Of a DNA stretch of 64,000 bases, positions 8,545-18,995 are shown piece by piece. Source of the stretch: Salinispira sp. (lineage in GTDB: Bacteria > Spirochaetota > Spirochaetia > DSM-27196 > Salinispiraceae); NCBI GenBank assembly GCA_965602015.1, contig OZ271918.1, positions 2,240,001 to 2,304,000 on the forward strand, in the 5' to 3' direction. A model generated the notes under the pieces. The model was not told where the DNA came from and made no database searches. It saw only the letters and a program-made list of their open reading frames with translations. Every line of letters begins with the position of its first letter. Positions within the stretch are counted from its first letter, which is position 1. The translations under genes and the position numbers were made by a program.

Positions 8545-10851
8545 GTGAAAACCCTTGAAAAAACCCTTACGAAACTTGCGGAAGGCGCTTCATATTTCGA
8601 AACCTCCGACGAACAGGACGGCTACCTGGAAGAGGTAATCGCGAGCATCATGGCAGAAGCCGAGGCAGATATGGTGGCGGTTTTTCTCCATGAAGACGAA
8701 ACCAACGACCTGGTGTTCAGGGCAGGCATTGATTCTTCGGGCATTTGGGACCAGGAGGAACTGCACAAGCGAAAGGAGCCCCCCCGGATTTCCCCGGTGA
8801 ATAATGAGCTGGGCGACGCATTTGTGAAAAACCGGGTAGTCAGGGTTTCCTACGGTGCAGAAGACCGGGACCACCCCTTCAAGTCCAAGCTTATAATACC
8901 CATCGCGAAGGGACCGCTTCAGATCGGCATAGTAATTATCGCCTTCGTCGAGCCATTCGCCCACGACAACCTGGATGAGAATAACCTGCTCAGCCTTGCT
9001 TCCGAGCTTGGAGAAACTATTGAAGACGCCTCGGTTTTTATCGAACATCCCGAGCACCTGCGCATTTCAGATGACAGCGATCTGGTAATCAAGGGGCGCA
9101 AGGCATCTGACGGCATGGTTGAAGGCCTCTCCCTCCCCTTTTGGGACGACCTGGAAAGCATCGCCAAGAAAATCCCCCGGAGCAAAAGTAAAAAAGCGGA
9201 ACTTCAGCGTTTCGACAGGGCGTTGAAGGAATCGATCGATCAGCTCGAGGCGCTGCAGGGTTCACAGATGCTTCAAGTGTCCGAGATGGGTTCGATGATT
9301 TTTATGGCCCACAGCCTGATGCTCAAGGACGACGGCTTTACCGGCCGCATGCGGAAGAAAATCGAAGGGGGCGATTCTGCGGTTAAGGCAATTCTCACCC
9401 TTGTCGACAGCTACGCCGCCCGCTTTGCGGCCATTTCGGAAGTACGCATCGCAGAAAAGGCTCAGGACGTTCGCGACCTGGGGTACCGTCTCATCCGCAA
9501 TCTCGATGCCTCCCTGGCCAACGATTTCTCGTATGACGGCAGGATAGCCCTAGCGCGTCACATCTATCCGTCGGACCTCCTGCGGCTGTCGGTTCAGGGG
9601 ATTTCGGGAATTGTTCTGCTCGGCGCCGGGGTGACTGCGCATATCTCAATCCTCGCCAAGTCCCTGAATGTACCGGTACTGATAACCGACGACAAAGCCC
9701 TTCTAAAAATTAAGGAAGGCACGCCGGTTTTTCTCAATGCGACCAAAGCTGAACTGCTGATCAACCCCTCCAAGGAGCGGCTGAGGGCCATACAGGACGT
9801 TGCCCGTCTGGAAGCCCAAATGCCGCTGAAGTACACCCTTCGGGGGCACACCGCCGATAACCAGAGCGTTCAGGTAATGGCCAACGTCAATATTCTCAAA
9901 GATGCCGAGGAAGCCCGCAGGCAGGGCGCAGAGGGAATCGGGCTTTACCGTTCTGAGTTTCCCTTCATCCTTAAAAATGACTTCCTCACCGAAGAACAGC
10001 AGTACCAGATCTATCGGTCCATCGCCCGGTATCAGCCCGACAAGCCGGTAATATTCCGAACCGCGGACATCGGCGGCGACAAAATCATGCAGGGCCGCGG
10101 CAAGGCCGAGGAAAATCCTTTCCTCGGCGTGCGGGGAATCCGCTTCTCCCTCGCCAACCGGGAAATGTTCGGCGATCAGCTCAGGGCAATGCTCCGGGCG
10201 GGTCACGGGGTGGACTTGGGCATTATGCTGCCCATGGTATCGAGCGTCGAAGAAGTGCTGGAAGCGAAGGAGGAAATCGCCGAAGCCATACGCCAGCTTC
10301 AGGCCCGCGGCGCCGAGCACAACTCGTCTCCGAAAATCGGAGCCATGGTTGAACTGCCCTCAGCCGCCCTGGCGGTGGACGAGCTTGCGGCGGAAACCGA
10401 TTTTTTGTCCATCGGAACCAACGACCTCACCATGTACCTGTTGGCGGTTGACCGGACCAATGAAAATCTCAGCCACTTGTACCGAAGCCATCACCCGTCA
10501 GTGCTGGGTATTTTGCGGGATATCGCCTCGGGCTCGGCGCGTTACCCGACGGATATTTCCGTCTGCGGCGACGTAGCCCAGGACCCCTACCTGATTCCCT
10601 TCTTTGTTGGAATCGGCATAAGGAAGTTAAGCGTCCCTCCCGCATCGGTGGAAAAGGTAAAGCGGCGGCTCAAGTCCTTCACCCTTGAAAAGGCCCGGGC
10701 AATTGCAGATGAAATGCTTGCCATAAAACGTATTGCCGACATGGAAACATACCTATCGCAGTTCGATGAGCGTCACAATCTGGTCAGCCACTCCGACGGG
10801 GAGTCCCGGCTGTTTGGCCGGCTGGCCGGGAGTATAAGCCCGGCTGATTAG
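8545..10851 (+). CDS. ptsP: Phosphoenolpyruvate-protein phosphotransferase (Enzyme I) with N-terminal GAF-like domain
   Basis: TAHISIL phospho-His, GIGLYRSEF, EENPFLGVRGIR, SIGTNDL and SVCGD. Extra N-terminal domain of about 170 aa. Confidence 0.9.
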   Translation: MKTLEKTLTKLAEGASYFETSDEQDGYLEEVIASIMAEAEADMVAVFLHEDETNDLVFRAGIDSSGIWDQEELHKRKEPPRISPVNNELGDAFVKNRVVRVSYGAEDRDHPFKSKLIIPIAKGPLQIGIVIIAFVEPFAHDNLDENNLLSLASELGETIEDASVFIEHPEHLRISDDSDLVIKGRKASDGMVEGLSLPFWDDLESIAKKIPRSKSKKAELQRFDRALKESIDQLEALQGSQMLQVSEMGSMIFMAHSLMLKDDGFTGRMRKKIEGGDSAVKAILTLVDSYAARFAAISEVRIAEKAQDVRDLGYRLIRNLDASLANDFSYDGRIALARHIYPSDLLRLSVQGISGIVLLGAGVTAHISILAKSLNVPVLITDDKALLKIKEGTPVFLNATKAELLINPSKERLRAIQDVARLEAQMPLKYTLRGHTADNQSVQVMANVNILKDAEEARRQGAEGIGLYRSEFPFILKNDFLTEEQQYQIYRSIARYQPDKPVIFRTADIGGDKIMQGRGKAEENPFLGVRGIRFSLANREMFGDQLRAMLRAGHGVDLGIMLPMVSSVEEVLEAKEEIAEAIRQLQARGAEHNSSPKIGAMVELPSAALAVDELAAETDFLSIGTNDLTMYLLAVDRTNENLSHLYRSHHPSVLGILRDIASGSARYPTDISVCGDVAQDPYLIPFFVGIGIRKLSVPPASVEKVKRRLKSFTLEKARAIADEMLAIKRIADMETYLSQFDERHNLVSHSDGESRLFGRLAGSISPAD

Positions 10852-10859
10852 GAGGGGAA

Positions 10860-11915
10860 ATGAACTATCTTCGAGCACGTTTTTTTGCTGCCCTTGCGAG
10901 TCTGTTCCTTCTTGTTATCGTCTCATGCTCAGCAGGTGATGAAGAAGCAACTGCTCCTCGCGAAGAGAGCCCTGAGACAGTAATTGTTGGTCTCGCCCTG
11001 GGCGACAGGGGAATAGGCGATCTTGGCTTTAACGATATGCAGTATAACGGACTGGTGGAGATTTCCCGGCGCTACCCGGTGGAAATAAGCTACGGAATTC
11101 CCGACAGCTGGCAGGGGGCCGCGGTCCAATCGGTCCTGGAGGATCTGGTCAGTCAAGGTGCGAATCCGATATTCACCGGAGCCAACGCCATAGGCGACTC
11201 GATTCGCGAGTTCGCCCTGTCTCACCCCGATATCACATTCATCGTGCTCGATTTTGATCAGCCTTTGGCGGGCAATGTAATCAGCGTTCAGTTCGTGCAG
11301 GAAGAGGCGGCCTTCCTCGCCGGTTACCTGGCTTCGAGAATGACCGACCGAGGAGCCATTGGTTTCATCGGCGGGGTAGACATTCCACCGGTAGAGTTGT
11401 TCGAGTCCGGCTTTATCAACGGCGTTCTATTCGGGGATTCCACCGTGGAAATCCGAAGAGAATATCTGAGTCTCCAGCCTGACTTTTCAGGCTTCGATTC
11501 TCCGAGGGAGGCTCGCGACCTGGCAGTCGAGTGGCTATCAAACGGGGGAGTAGATATTATTTTTGCGGCAGCCGGCGGCTCGGGTTTGGGTATTATCGAG
11601 GCCATTAGGGCGGGCACCCAAGGCTATTTTATAGGAGTGGACGCCGATCAGGATTATCTCGCGGAAGGGAAAATCCTGACATCGGTCATGAAGCGCCTGG
11701 ATCAGGCGATGATTTTCCTGATGGGAGAACACATCGAGGGCAGGCTCGAAGGAGGCCGTGTACTAAAGCTCGGATTGGCGGAGGGAGGAGTCAGCCTCAG
11801 CGACTTCACATTCACCAGGCAGCTTATTGGCGAGAGCCTCATCACGGAAATCCGGGAGCTTGAAGGCCGGATTATCGACGGTGAAATCAATGTATTGGAA
11901 AGGCCGGCTAAATGA
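10860..11915 (+). CDS. BMP-family (PnrA/TmpC-like) substrate-binding lipoprotein
   Basis: Lipobox IVSC; GDLGFND, IGFIGG, DIIFAAAGGSGLG, IGVDADQ and TSVMKRLD. Confidence 0.85.
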   Translation: MNYLRARFFAALASLFLLVIVSCSAGDEEATAPREESPETVIVGLALGDRGIGDLGFNDMQYNGLVEISRRYPVEISYGIPDSWQGAAVQSVLEDLVSQGANPIFTGANAIGDSIREFALSHPDITFIVLDFDQPLAGNVISVQFVQEEAAFLAGYLASRMTDRGAIGFIGGVDIPPVELFESGFINGVLFGDSTVEIRREYLSLQPDFSGFDSPREARDLAVEWLSNGGVDIIFAAAGGSGLGIIEAIRAGTQGYFIGVDADQDYLAEGKILTSVMKRLDQAMIFLMGEHIEGRLEGGRVLKLGLAEGGVSLSDFTFTRQLIGESLITEIRELEGRIIDGEINVLERPAK

Positions 11916-13444
11916 GAATATCATTTCCCGCTCAATGGAACCTGGCGCGAAAAACAACGGCAGCGGTGGCCGGTATTTTTCTGGTTTTCTTTCTCGGTTC
12001 AGCCCTGGCACTGGTAGGAATAATAAGCGATGCTCTCGAGCGGCAATCCCGATCGAACGCCGAGCTCATCACCGAAGCCATTGCGGGTATCTCGGCTTTC
12101 CATATTTTTAATTACTCCTACTATAGTCTCGATGAGGTCACGAGGAATCTCCTGGTCAGGCAAAATGGGGAGCAGTTCATCCTCGGCGTCCTGGTTTACG
12201 ACAACGAGGGCAATGTGCTTAACCCCAGCGGTTTAGATTTCCGAAAGGAATTGGCCGGAATGGATAAAAACGATTTCATGGTGAGTTCCGGCACGGCGGT
12301 GTACACCCAAGGCATCCTTCGGGAAACCGTAGGGAGTGTGGAGATTTATTTTTCTCGAATTCCTCTGCGGTCGCAGATTCTGAGAATTGAAATCCTCCTG
12401 GGAATTTTCGCTTTGGCAGCCAGCGCTTTGCTCCTCACCTTGACGAGTCTTTTTACCAGACGAGCCATACTCGATCCCCTCAATCAGTTGAGAGCGGCCA
12501 GCGCATCGGTTACCCGGGGGAATTTTACGGTGATGCTTGATGTCGAACGCCGAGATGAACTGGGAGATTTGGCCAGAGACATCGTCGATATGGCGAGGAC
12601 ATTGGAGAAGCAGATTTCCCAGATTCAGGAAACAAACACCGGACTAGAAGAAAAAGTCCGCCTGCGGACAAGCGAATTGGTACGGGCCGAGCGAATGGCC
12701 GCGGTTACGAATCTGGTATTCGGGATGGCCCATGAAATCAATACTCCCGTAGGAAATATACTTCTCGCTGCCAGCCTTCAGCGGGACCGGATTTCCGATG
12801 TGCGCAGCCGTCTTGAAAAAGCAGGTGGAAACGACGCTTCACAGATCATCAACTCGCATCTGGATGGACTGGAATCGTCGCTCTCCATCATTCTCGACAG
12901 CACTGACAGGGCGGCCAAACTCATCGGCAGTCTCCGGTCGTTCCGCGGTCTCAATATTACCGAAGAACGGGTCGAGTTTAACATTACTGAACACAGCGAG
13001 GTGATGATCAGGGCTCTTCTCAGTGATTTCGACGCCGAGGCGGTCACCATAAATATTAGTGCTGAGGATACTATCAGCATCAGGGGCTATCCGGGGTTTT
13101 ACACCCAACTGTTCTCGGTTCTGATCTCAAATGCCCTTACCCACAGCGGATTGCCCCCGGATAAAATCAGCATCTCGGTCAGCTTATCCACATCACGCAA
13201 GCTGCTTCATATCGGGTTTTCAAACAATGGACTGCTTATTGAGGAATCGATAATTGAGCATATTTACGAACCATTTTTTACCACCGAAAGAGGCAGAGGC
13301 CACACGGGCTTGGGTCTGTATATCCTGTACAACATTATCGTCAACGATCTCAAGGGAACCATCCGGCATGAAAATATATCAGGCGGCGTACAGTGTCTGA
13401 TAGAAATCCCTGACGTCGCACCTGCGGAAGGCGTTAGGCAATAA
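11912..13444 (+). CDS. HAMP-domain sensor histidine kinase
   Basis: Two TMs, HAMP (RDELGDLA), H-box AHEINTP, N-box LISNALTH, EPFFTT and GTGLGL-like G2. Confidence 0.9.
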   Translation: MRISFPAQWNLARKTTAAVAGIFLVFFLGSALALVGIISDALERQSRSNAELITEAIAGISAFHIFNYSYYSLDEVTRNLLVRQNGEQFILGVLVYDNEGNVLNPSGLDFRKELAGMDKNDFMVSSGTAVYTQGILRETVGSVEIYFSRIPLRSQILRIEILLGIFALAASALLLTLTSLFTRRAILDPLNQLRAASASVTRGNFTVMLDVERRDELGDLARDIVDMARTLEKQISQIQETNTGLEEKVRLRTSELVRAERMAAVTNLVFGMAHEINTPVGNILLAASLQRDRISDVRSRLEKAGGNDASQIINSHLDGLESSLSIILDSTDRAAKLIGSLRSFRGLNITEERVEFNITEHSEVMIRALLSDFDAEAVTINISAEDTISIRGYPGFYTQLFSVLISNALTHSGLPPDKISISVSLSTSRKLLHIGFSNNGLLIEESIIEHIYEPFFTTERGRGHTGLGLYILYNIIVNDLKGTIRHENISGGVQCLIEIPDVAPAEGVRQ

Positions 13445-14270
13445 GCTCGCACAACTCCCGGTAGCGCCGTTGGGCGAATCCTTCGCCGCTTCGCCAGAAA
13501 GAGAATTTTCCCAGCCGGCGATGGGACTTCCCGACGAGTATTTCGCCTGCATCATCAATATTGGTTTGGAGTGCCTCCCAGGCTTCGCGGAACCGGGAAT
13601 CGCCGCGGGCCTTGGGAAAATGGGCGAGTACGTACAGGTAGTAAAAAAGGTTGTAACGCAAAAAAGGATACTCAACAGTAAAAAACTGGCTGCCAATGCC
13701 CCAATGACAAGGTCCAGTGGGCATTCGAACCTCCCAGTGTTCTAAAAGGCTTTTGACAGCCCTGTCGGCTACGGCAAAACCCATGCGGTACTCGGGAAAA
13801 AAACGCAGCACATCGAGGGCGTACAAGCTTGCGCCGGGATTGGCGAATGCGGTCTCCGGACCGCTTCCAAACTTCGTAAAATTACAGCGCAAACCGCCGC
13901 TTTTATGCTCTCTTTGAATGAGATAGGCAACCGCGGTTTTCACCGCGGCTTCGTTCTGCATGCCAAAACGACAGAGCATACGCAAAACTTCCGCGGAGTA
14001 ACAGGGGTAGTCCGGGGTCCTGGGCCCGGTAACTACCCTCCCGTCATCGCGGATCGTTTGTAGAAGCAGCTCGAGCGCTCCGGAAACTGCTTCGTGCTCC
14101 CGGGGAATAACGAGTTCATGAAGCATTCCCAGGACCGCCACAGTGCTGAAGGGATTGCCGACATAGACCTTCCCCTCGGGACCTGCCCAAAAATCCGCAC
14201 CATTTTTATGACGCAGATCGAGAAGTAAAGAAAAATCATGATCGGCGGTGTTCACAAACCCCTCCTGCAC
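13434..14270 (-). CDS. Prenyltransferase/squalene-cyclase-like repeat hypothetical protein
   Basis: RHKNGADFW, GPCHWGIGS and EYPFLRYNLFYYLYVL are typical of this uncharacterised family. Confidence 0.6.
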   Translation of the reverse strand: MQEGFVNTADHDFSLLLDLRHKNGADFWAGPEGKVYVGNPFSTVAVLGMLHELVIPREHEAVSGALELLLQTIRDDGRVVTGPRTPDYPCYSAEVLRMLCRFGMQNEAAVKTAVAYLIQREHKSGGLRCNFTKFGSGPETAFANPGASLYALDVLRFFPEYRMGFAVADRAVKSLLEHWEVRMPTGPCHWGIGSQFFTVEYPFLRYNLFYYLYVLAHFPKARGDSRFREAWEALQTNIDDAGEILVGKSHRRLGKFSFWRSGEGFAQRRYRELCELIA

Positions 14271-14288
14271 CGGGAAACAGCGCTATTC

Positions 14289-14912
14289 CTAGTCGGCGGC
14301 CTTCAAAAAAAGATAGGCGAAGGCACTTTTCTTAAATGCAACTCCAACTCCCTTGGCACGCACCTCCAGCGGATCAATATCGCTTCCGTCCTTTTTTACA
14401 AGATACTCGTCGAAATCTTCATCGCGGATTCGAAATCGGGAATCATTGCGGAGAATTATGCCGATCGGCCTGTAGCTCGGATCGGCAATGGCGAGACTTG
14501 CATCGCCGTGACTGTTATTGGCAACCAGCAATCCGCCGTCCCGAAGGTATGCTCTACAGACCTGGGATATGGATCCGGCGTAGAATGAAAACATGGCGTC
14601 ATAGTACGACCTGTAGGACTGGTCAATGACTCTGTAATCTTCTTGGGACCAGCGGAGTTGTACCGGCGCGGAATACTGCTTTTGATCATCGATGTACGCA
14701 TGGGTATCGATACTCGTGAAAAAGCGCTTCATTCGGCGGTCGCTGTCCACATAGGCGGTCTCGGGAATATAGAAAGCGGGAGTAATGTGCACGAAGCTTC
14801 CGGGGTAGATGGCGGACTTAATACCGTATCGCTCGGCCAGCATACTGAACAGCTCCCGCCGCTCGTCGCCCTTGTCGATAAAATAGCGCTCATACAGCTC
14901 TGGTGCATTCAT
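14289..14912 (-). CDS. Conserved hypothetical protein, methyltransferase-like fold
   Basis: YPGSFVHITP, YLRDGGLLVANNSHGDA. Start moved to MNAPEL (GAGG RBS). Confidence 0.55.
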   Translation of the reverse strand: MNAPELYERYFIDKGDERRELFSMLAERYGIKSAIYPGSFVHITPAFYIPETAYVDSDRRMKRFFTSIDTHAYIDDQKQYSAPVQLRWSQEDYRVIDQSYRSYYDAMFSFYAGSISQVCRAYLRDGGLLVANNSHGDASLAIADPSYRPIGIILRNDSRFRIRDEDFDEYLVKKDGSDIDPLEVRAKGVGVAFKKSAFAYLFLKAAD

Positions 14913-14998
14913 ATTGCCTCGAAGTTTATTGTATTTATCATTTATTGTATGTTTCAGCGGAGAAATCCACAAGACAGATACAATCATCCTGCGAACAC

Positions 14999-15026
14999 AA
15001 AAAACCCCGGCCGCCAGGCCGGGGTT
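14999..15026 (-). terminator. Intrinsic terminator of alaS
   Basis: AACCCCGGCC-4nt-GGCCGGGGTT stem with a T tract on the minus strand. Confidence 0.8.
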
Positions 15027-15069
15027 CGGATTCTGTTTATGAGGTAATGAGTGAAGGTCGCCGCGAGGC

Positions 15070-16860
15070 TTAGCGCTCCAGAACTGCCTTGATGCGCCGA
15101 ACTCCCTGGGAGCTGGACTGTTCTTTTTTGATGCTAAACTTTCCGAGCTGAGCGGTGTGCTCGACGTGGGGGCCGCCGCAGACTTCTTTTGAGAAATCGC
15201 CGATTGAGTACACCTTCACCACCTCCTCGTACTTGTCGCCGAACAGGGCGATGGCGCCGGAATCCCGGGCTTCCGCCAGGGTCATGGTGGTATGGCTAAC
15301 CTTGTGGTCCTTCTGAATTGCCTGATTGACAATATCTTCGACCTTTTTAATCTGCTCGGCAGTCATTTTTTCAGGATGGGAAAAGTCGAAACGCAGGCGC
15401 TCCGGGGTGATGTTTGAGCCTTTCTGAGCGACGTGGTCTCCCAGCACCATTCGCAGAGCCTGATGAAGGAGGTGGGTTGCGGTGTGAAGCGCGGTTGTAG
15501 CTTCGCCGTGATCCGCCAGGCCGCCTTTGAAGCTGCTGTTGGTATCCATCTTAGACATTTCCTGATGTTTGCGGAAGGCCTCGTCGAACCCGTCCTTGTC
15601 TACCGTCAGTCCGTGATCATCGGCCAGCTCCTGAGTCAGTTCCACCGGAAAGCCGTAGGTGTCGTACAGTTTAAATGCCAGCCGCCCGGGAATTATCTTT
15701 TTCGCGCCTTTGAGCAGGTTGGGGAGCATTTTTTCAAACTCGTGCTCACCCTTTTGCAGGGTGATGAGGAACTTTTCTTCCTCCATCAGCAATTCTTTCT
15801 GAATTCCCTCCCGTCGGTCTTCCAGCTCGGGGTAGAACTCCCGGTAGACCCGGATCACCACCGAGGAAAGTTCAGACAGGAAGGCCTTCTCCATACCGAG
15901 CTTTCGCCCGTGAAGCAGGGCCCGGCGGATGAGCCGCCGCAAGATGTAACCCTGTCCAAGATTGGAGGGAGAAACCGCCGCATCGTCTCCGAGTATAAAG
16001 GTGGCGGTGCGCACATGATCGGTAATGATCCTCACCGAACGGTCCACATCGGACTCGCTGTGACCGTAGCTCAGCCCGCTGAGCTCCTCGATTTTCGCGA
16101 TTATGGGAGTGAACAACTCGGTCTGATATACGCTCTGCTTCCCCTGCAGTACGGCTATAGTCCTCTCAACGCCCATGCCCGTGTCGACGCATTTGCGTTC
16201 CATGGGCTCGAAGCTTCCGTCTTCGTTTTTCCGGTACTGCATGAACACATCGTTCCAGATTTCAAGCCATTTTCCATCGCTCACACCGGGCCGGCTGTTT
16301 TCATCGCCGGGGATACCGGTGTCTATGAACATTTCAGTGTCCGGGCCGCAGGGTCCGGTTTGCCCGGGAGGCCCCCACCAGTTATCACTTTTGGGAAGAT
16401 AGAAAATCCGGTCTTCAGGCACCCCGAGTTTCTTCCATAGTGTTGCGCTTTCTTCGTCCCGGGGAGCATCATCATCTCCCTGAAAAACCGTAACCGCGAG
16501 TTTCGAGGGATCGAGCCCCAGGTATTTCTTGCTGGTGAGAAACTCCCAGCTCATACTGATGGCTTCTTCTTTGAAGTAATCCCCAAGGCTCCAGTTGCCG
16601 AGCATTTCAAAGAATGTAAGGTGGGATGAATCACCGACCTCGTCGATGTCGCCGGTGCGGATGCATTTCTGAATATCTGTCAGCCGACTGCCGGCAGGAT
16701 GCTCCTCTCCCAGGATGTACGGCACCAGGGGATGCATGCCGGCGGTGGTAAAGAGGACGGTGGGGTCGTTCTCCGGAACGAGGCTCTTCCCGGATATTTC
16801 CGCGTGATTGTGGTCTTTAAAAAACTGAATATACTTTTGTCTGAGTTCTTTAGCAGTCAT
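15070..16860 (-). CDS. alaS: Alanine--tRNA ligase (short form lacking C-Ala domain)
   Basis: DPTVLFTTAGM, HLTFFEMLGNWS, VDTGMG; editing motifs HTATH and CGGPH; ends GVRRIKA. Confidence 0.97.
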   Translation of the reverse strand: MTAKELRQKYIQFFKDHNHAEISGKSLVPENDPTVLFTTAGMHPLVPYILGEEHPAGSRLTDIQKCIRTGDIDEVGDSSHLTFFEMLGNWSLGDYFKEEAISMSWEFLTSKKYLGLDPSKLAVTVFQGDDDAPRDEESATLWKKLGVPEDRIFYLPKSDNWWGPPGQTGPCGPDTEMFIDTGIPGDENSRPGVSDGKWLEIWNDVFMQYRKNEDGSFEPMERKCVDTGMGVERTIAVLQGKQSVYQTELFTPIIAKIEELSGLSYGHSESDVDRSVRIITDHVRTATFILGDDAAVSPSNLGQGYILRRLIRRALLHGRKLGMEKAFLSELSSVVIRVYREFYPELEDRREGIQKELLMEEEKFLITLQKGEHEFEKMLPNLLKGAKKIIPGRLAFKLYDTYGFPVELTQELADDHGLTVDKDGFDEAFRKHQEMSKMDTNSSFKGGLADHGEATTALHTATHLLHQALRMVLGDHVAQKGSNITPERLRFDFSHPEKMTAEQIKKVEDIVNQAIQKDHKVSHTTMTLAEARDSGAIALFGDKYEEVVKVYSIGDFSKEVCGGPHVEHTAQLGKFSIKKEQSSSQGVRRIKAVLER

Positions 16861-16923
16861 AGGCGCCTATTATAATGAGATGATATTTTGTTGTACAGCA
16901 TAGCCGGGGCCAGGGTACAGGTA

Positions 16924-17460
16924 CTAGTAGAGCAGGTCCGCGCGCATGGTTTCGGTGAGAAATTCATGAAACACATACACATTGAGCCCGTTTCGCCGCT
17001 GACCGGGGGATGCGAAGCCCTTCATCACCATCTGCTCCAGTTCATCCCTCGCCTGCTGGGCCGGGACCCCGGATTCGAGGGCGAGCTGGGCCGCCGTGAG
17101 TATGCCTCCGTTTTCTTCAGCCAGGATGAACATCAGATGTTCCAGGCTTTTGGCCTCGGGTCTCTGGGCAGCCCGGGGTCCGTGGGGAGGAGCCGGGGGA
17201 GCGACGACATACTTCCGCCCGCGGTCGTACTCCTCGGAGTCGAGCTGATGTTCAATATACAGACGACGATTGGTTTCATCGACGAGCTTCGGCATTCTGA
17301 TGAGGTCGACGAGGGTGCCTATGCCTCCCCATCCCCAGGTTATCAAATAGAAAAAACCCGAAACGGGTTTACCCAAATAAAAGCGGTGGATTCCCGCGAA
17401 GCCAAGGGCGCTGGCGAGGCATAGTAGGTAGGAATCCCGCAAACTCTTTTTTTTACTCAC
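16924..17460 (-). CDS. TM2-domain (NINE) membrane protein with C-terminal winged-helix-like region
   Basis: GFAGIHRFYLGKPVSGFFYLITWG. Confidence 0.75.
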   Translation of the reverse strand: MSKKKSLRDSYLLCLASALGFAGIHRFYLGKPVSGFFYLITWGWGGIGTLVDLIRMPKLVDETNRRLYIEHQLDSEEYDRGRKYVVAPPAPPHGPRAAQRPEAKSLEHLMFILAEENGGILTAAQLALESGVPAQQARDELEQMVMKGFASPGQRRNGLNVYVFHEFLTETMRADLLY

Positions 17461-17537
17461 GTATGGTCTCCTGAAAACGGTACTGCACAGTATACTTCAA
17501 TCCCGGGGGATTATTCAATTTACAGCGGGTCCGGGGC

Positions 17538-18887
17538 TTATTCCACCATCTGCTCATCATCGCGGCTGATGATGATTTCACCCTTTTCCTCGAGATGCCG
17601 CAATCGGATAATAAAATCCCTGGTTGCCTCGTCGACTTCCTTCCTGGGAAGGGGACCCATGTAATGGTACACCTCGCTGATGGCTATGCTGCGCTGATTA
17701 CTCACGTTTCTCAGGAACCGGACCCGAATGGCCTCATCCTTGCCCTTCATCAGCAAGGCGATTTCTTCATCGCGCATTTCGGCCAGGATCTTCTGAAGAT
17801 CGGTGTCGCGGATATGCAGTACCCGTTCGATGGTAAACAATCGTTCTTTTATCTGGGCCTCGACCTCAGGGGAGCGCAGACCAAGGTCTTCGAGCAGATT
17901 GCGTTCGCTGCTGGCATCCATGCTCCGGAGAATCTCGGCCAGAACCTGGGCGCCGTCAAGATACTCGCTCTGCTGGGTTCCGATGCGCCGGATTTTTCCC
18001 TTCAGGGCTTTTGCGATGCTGTGCATCACCTCCGCCGACAGTTTGACCCGCTCGCCCATGGTCTTGATGATTTGGGGTTTTACCTCATCCGGCAGATCCT
18101 TTAATAGCCCGGCGGCAAGCTTTGGTTCCAGATGGCTGAGGATGATGCCGACGAGTCTGGGCGGTTCCTCCTTGAGAAGTACCTTCAGCTGGTTTGGCTC
18201 GAGCTCGTTGAGGAACTCGAGCTGATCGATTCCCGCAGGAGCCGCATTTCGCTCAAGAATCTCCGCAGCCCGGTGGCGGCCGAGGGAACGCTCGAGCAGT
18301 TCCTGGGCAAACTCCCTTCCGCCTCTGAGACGCTGCTGCTCTTCCGCCGCGGCAACATGGAAGCGCTCTATGATTTTTTTGCTTTCTTCCGGCTTGAGAA
18401 CCTTTATCCGGCTGATTTCCAGACTGATGGCTTCGACCAAATCGTCGGGCAAAAGGGCGAGGATTTTCGAAGCCTGGTCCTGGCCCATAAGCATGAGGAA
18501 TCCGGCGATTTCCCGAAGCGTCGGTTTCTGACCGGGTTCGGCCTGGGTGACGATTTTAATGAAGTCCGCGGGTTTGACAGCGGATTTTATAAATCCCGCA
18601 TCCGTGGGGCTTTGGGCGCGTGCTTTTGAGGACACAACGGAATCCATGGCAGATTTCGGGATACCCGACGCGCCGCTGTCAGTTTTGGCTGCCGGGGTAG
18701 CGGAACGCGGGAAATGTCCTTCGGTGCTTTTGGCCCCGGCGGCCAGGGCGTCGAGAGCCGATTTATTGGTTTTTGCCGAAGCCTTGCCGCTGGGAGAGTT
18801 GCCGCGGTCCGCTGATGCAGAACCGTCAGAAGACTTTTTTGCCTTTCCGGAATTGTACGCGTTTTGCACCCGTTTGTTCATCTTCAT
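17538..18887 (-). CDS. fliG: Flagellar motor switch protein FliG paralogue with long N-terminal extension
   Basis: GGREFAQELL, KEEPPRLVGIILSHL (EHPQ-like), IKERLFTIE, LRNVSNQR and IRLRHLEEKGEI. Confidence 0.8.
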   Translation of the reverse strand: MKMNKRVQNAYNSGKAKKSSDGSASADRGNSPSGKASAKTNKSALDALAAGAKSTEGHFPRSATPAAKTDSGASGIPKSAMDSVVSSKARAQSPTDAGFIKSAVKPADFIKIVTQAEPGQKPTLREIAGFLMLMGQDQASKILALLPDDLVEAISLEISRIKVLKPEESKKIIERFHVAAAEEQQRLRGGREFAQELLERSLGRHRAAEILERNAAPAGIDQLEFLNELEPNQLKVLLKEEPPRLVGIILSHLEPKLAAGLLKDLPDEVKPQIIKTMGERVKLSAEVMHSIAKALKGKIRRIGTQQSEYLDGAQVLAEILRSMDASSERNLLEDLGLRSPEVEAQIKERLFTIERVLHIRDTDLQKILAEMRDEEIALLMKGKDEAIRVRFLRNVSNQRSIAISEVYHYMGPLPRKEVDEATRDFIIRLRHLEEKGEIIISRDDEQMVE

Positions 18888-18995
18888 ATGCCTAGAATAG
18901 AGGCCGGCGGAATTTAGGTCAATATTAGGGGACCGGCTTTACCGGGCTTTTGCAGAACGGGCCATATTTAGACCACAACCGGTCGAACTCGCCGT

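Noticed and set aside
15433..16440. 335-aa plus-strand ORF
   Set aside because: Antisense shadow of alaS with no recognisable motifs.
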